From the NCBI GenBank assembly GCA_021154855.1, contig JAJKHV010000173.1:1-49881 (forward strand): 49,881 nucleotides of DNA, given 5' to 3'. Positions 49,199-49,881 of the stretch are shown here, piece after piece. Within the stretch, counting starts at the first letter, position 1; each line of letters opens with the position of its first letter. Position numbers and translations under genes: made by a program. This DNA comes from Solirubrobacterales bacterium (GTDB lineage Bacteria > Actinomycetota > Thermoleophilia > Solirubrobacterales > 70-9). A model generated the notes under the pieces. It was not told where the DNA came from. It did not search any database and worked only from the letters and a program-made list of their open reading frames with translations.

Positions 49199-49881
49199 CT
49201 AGACATCGAGAAACCTGACCTCCTTCGCGTGCCGTTCGATGAAGGCCTTGCGCGGCTCCACCCTGTCGCCCATCAGGTCGGTGAAAATCTTCTCCGCCAT
49301 CGCCGCGTCATCGATTTGGACCCGCTCCAGGGTGCGGCTTGCCGGGTCCATCGTCGTCTTGCGAAGCTGCTCGGGGTTCATCTCGCCCAGGCCCTTGAAG
49401 CGCTGCATCTTGACCCCGTGGCGGGCCAGGTCCATCACCATCCGGCGCAGCTCGGCGAACGACTCCGCCGTCTTCTCTTTTTGCTCGAGCGAGATCCTGA
49501 AGGGCGGGCGGCCGACCTGGCTCAGCAGCTCTTTGTGCGACTCGACCAGGCGGCGGTAGTCATGCGATTCGAAGAGGCCGGCAGAGAGCTCAAAGGCCTT
49601 GGCCAGCCCGTCTCGGCGGTGCACGGCGCGGACGAGGATCTGGTCGCCGGATTCGGAGACGATCTCGGCGTCGAAGGGCTCCGCCTCGCCGGCATCGCCG
49701 TTGAGCACGTCCTTCACCGCGGCGAGCGAAGTCACGCCGCGGTCGAGGATTTCCGACTCGCCGAGGAAGCGAACCAGCTCGTGACCGAAGTCGGCCTGCA
49801 GTGAGTCCGCCCAGCCCTCGTGCTCCTTCAGGCGGCGGTTGAAACGCTGCCAACGAGTCGCGGTCAGCTTGTGCGTCTCAG
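49199..49881 (-). CDS. gyrB: DNA gyrase subunit B, C-terminal part (5' end outside the window)
   Basis: The frame is open to the window edge. The C-terminus reads [69 protein letters not shown]. The track lists only the part from an internal GTG (49735). Confidence 0.9.
   Translation of the reverse strand, partial: ETHKLTATRWQRFNRRLKEHEGWADSLQADFGHELVRFLGESEILDRGVTSLAAVKDVLNGDAGEAEPFDAEIVSESGDQILVRAVHRRDGLAKAFELSAGLFESHDYRRLVESHKELLSQVGRPPFRISLEQKEKTAESFAELRRMVMDLARHGVKMQRFKGLGEMNPEQLRKTTMDPASRTLERVQIDDAAMAEKIFTDLMGDRVEPRKAFIERHAKEVRFLDV

Noticed and set aside
1-49881. CRISPR arrays, rRNA/tRNA genes, transposases, integrases, phage genes, toxin-antitoxin pairs and known defence-system signatures
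   Set aside because: None was found on reading the ORF translations and intergenic regions. The HNH endonuclease (46011..46517) is a solitary small gene without a partner methylase, Cas or helicase gene, and looks like a housekeeping HNH protein.

Overview
This is a high-GC (about 70%) actinobacterial-type chromosome segment. It appears origin-proximal, with gyrB-gyrA at the right edge. All calls are hand reads of the supplied ORFs and sequence; no database search was possible.

Gene content, left to right:
(1) Three tandem minus-strand genes for very large secreted proteins (1..9636). Two are paralogs with TolB/PD40-like regions. One carries four Ig-like 'YQWLRDG' repeats plus an NHL-like propeller. 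All three end in cysteine-containing polybasic tails.
(2) An unusual array of seven TetR-family genes holding eight paralogous TetR modules, one gene being a tandem fusion (9888..15625). The intergenic regions share GTTCCC / GGTAC(C) / CCC-N-TGGG motifs with the promoter region of the secreted-protein operon.
(3) Enoyl-CoA hydratase, metF and a DUF3105-like membrane protein.
(4) A roughly 12-kb Wzx/Wzy-type cell-surface polysaccharide locus (18584..30524). It encodes FemAB-like and GNAT acyltransferases, a priming sugar-phosphate transferase, GT2/GT4/GT2, a flippase, a Wzy/O-antigen-ligase-like protein, two unknown membrane proteins (one with only a LytR_C domain) and a CapD/WbpM-like dehydratase.
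(5) An overlapping dedA-uppP-purM unit.
(6) A Ser/Thr kinase with an extracellular sugar-binding-like domain.
(7) A tightly coupled fhaA-fhaB-pstP-rodA-pbpA-pknB-ddl operon.
(8) A third, tail-anchored Ser/Thr kinase, a CARDB-like membrane protein, pheA, an HNH endonuclease, gyrA and the 3' end of gyrB.

I found no rRNA, tRNA, CRISPR array, transposase or prophage gene.

Most interesting:
- The secreted-protein trio with its shared C-terminal CxGDxCQ and Cys/polybasic tail, next to the eight-module TetR array that may control it.
- A 165-bp element bounded by 20-bp perfect inverted repeats upstream of fhaA. Its 74-nt core recurs in the gyrB-gyrA spacer.
- An apparent non-canonical ATC start, with a perfect AAGGAG Shine-Dalgarno, for fhaA.

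Many long ORFs in the track are antisense or out-of-frame artefacts of high GC and are rejected.
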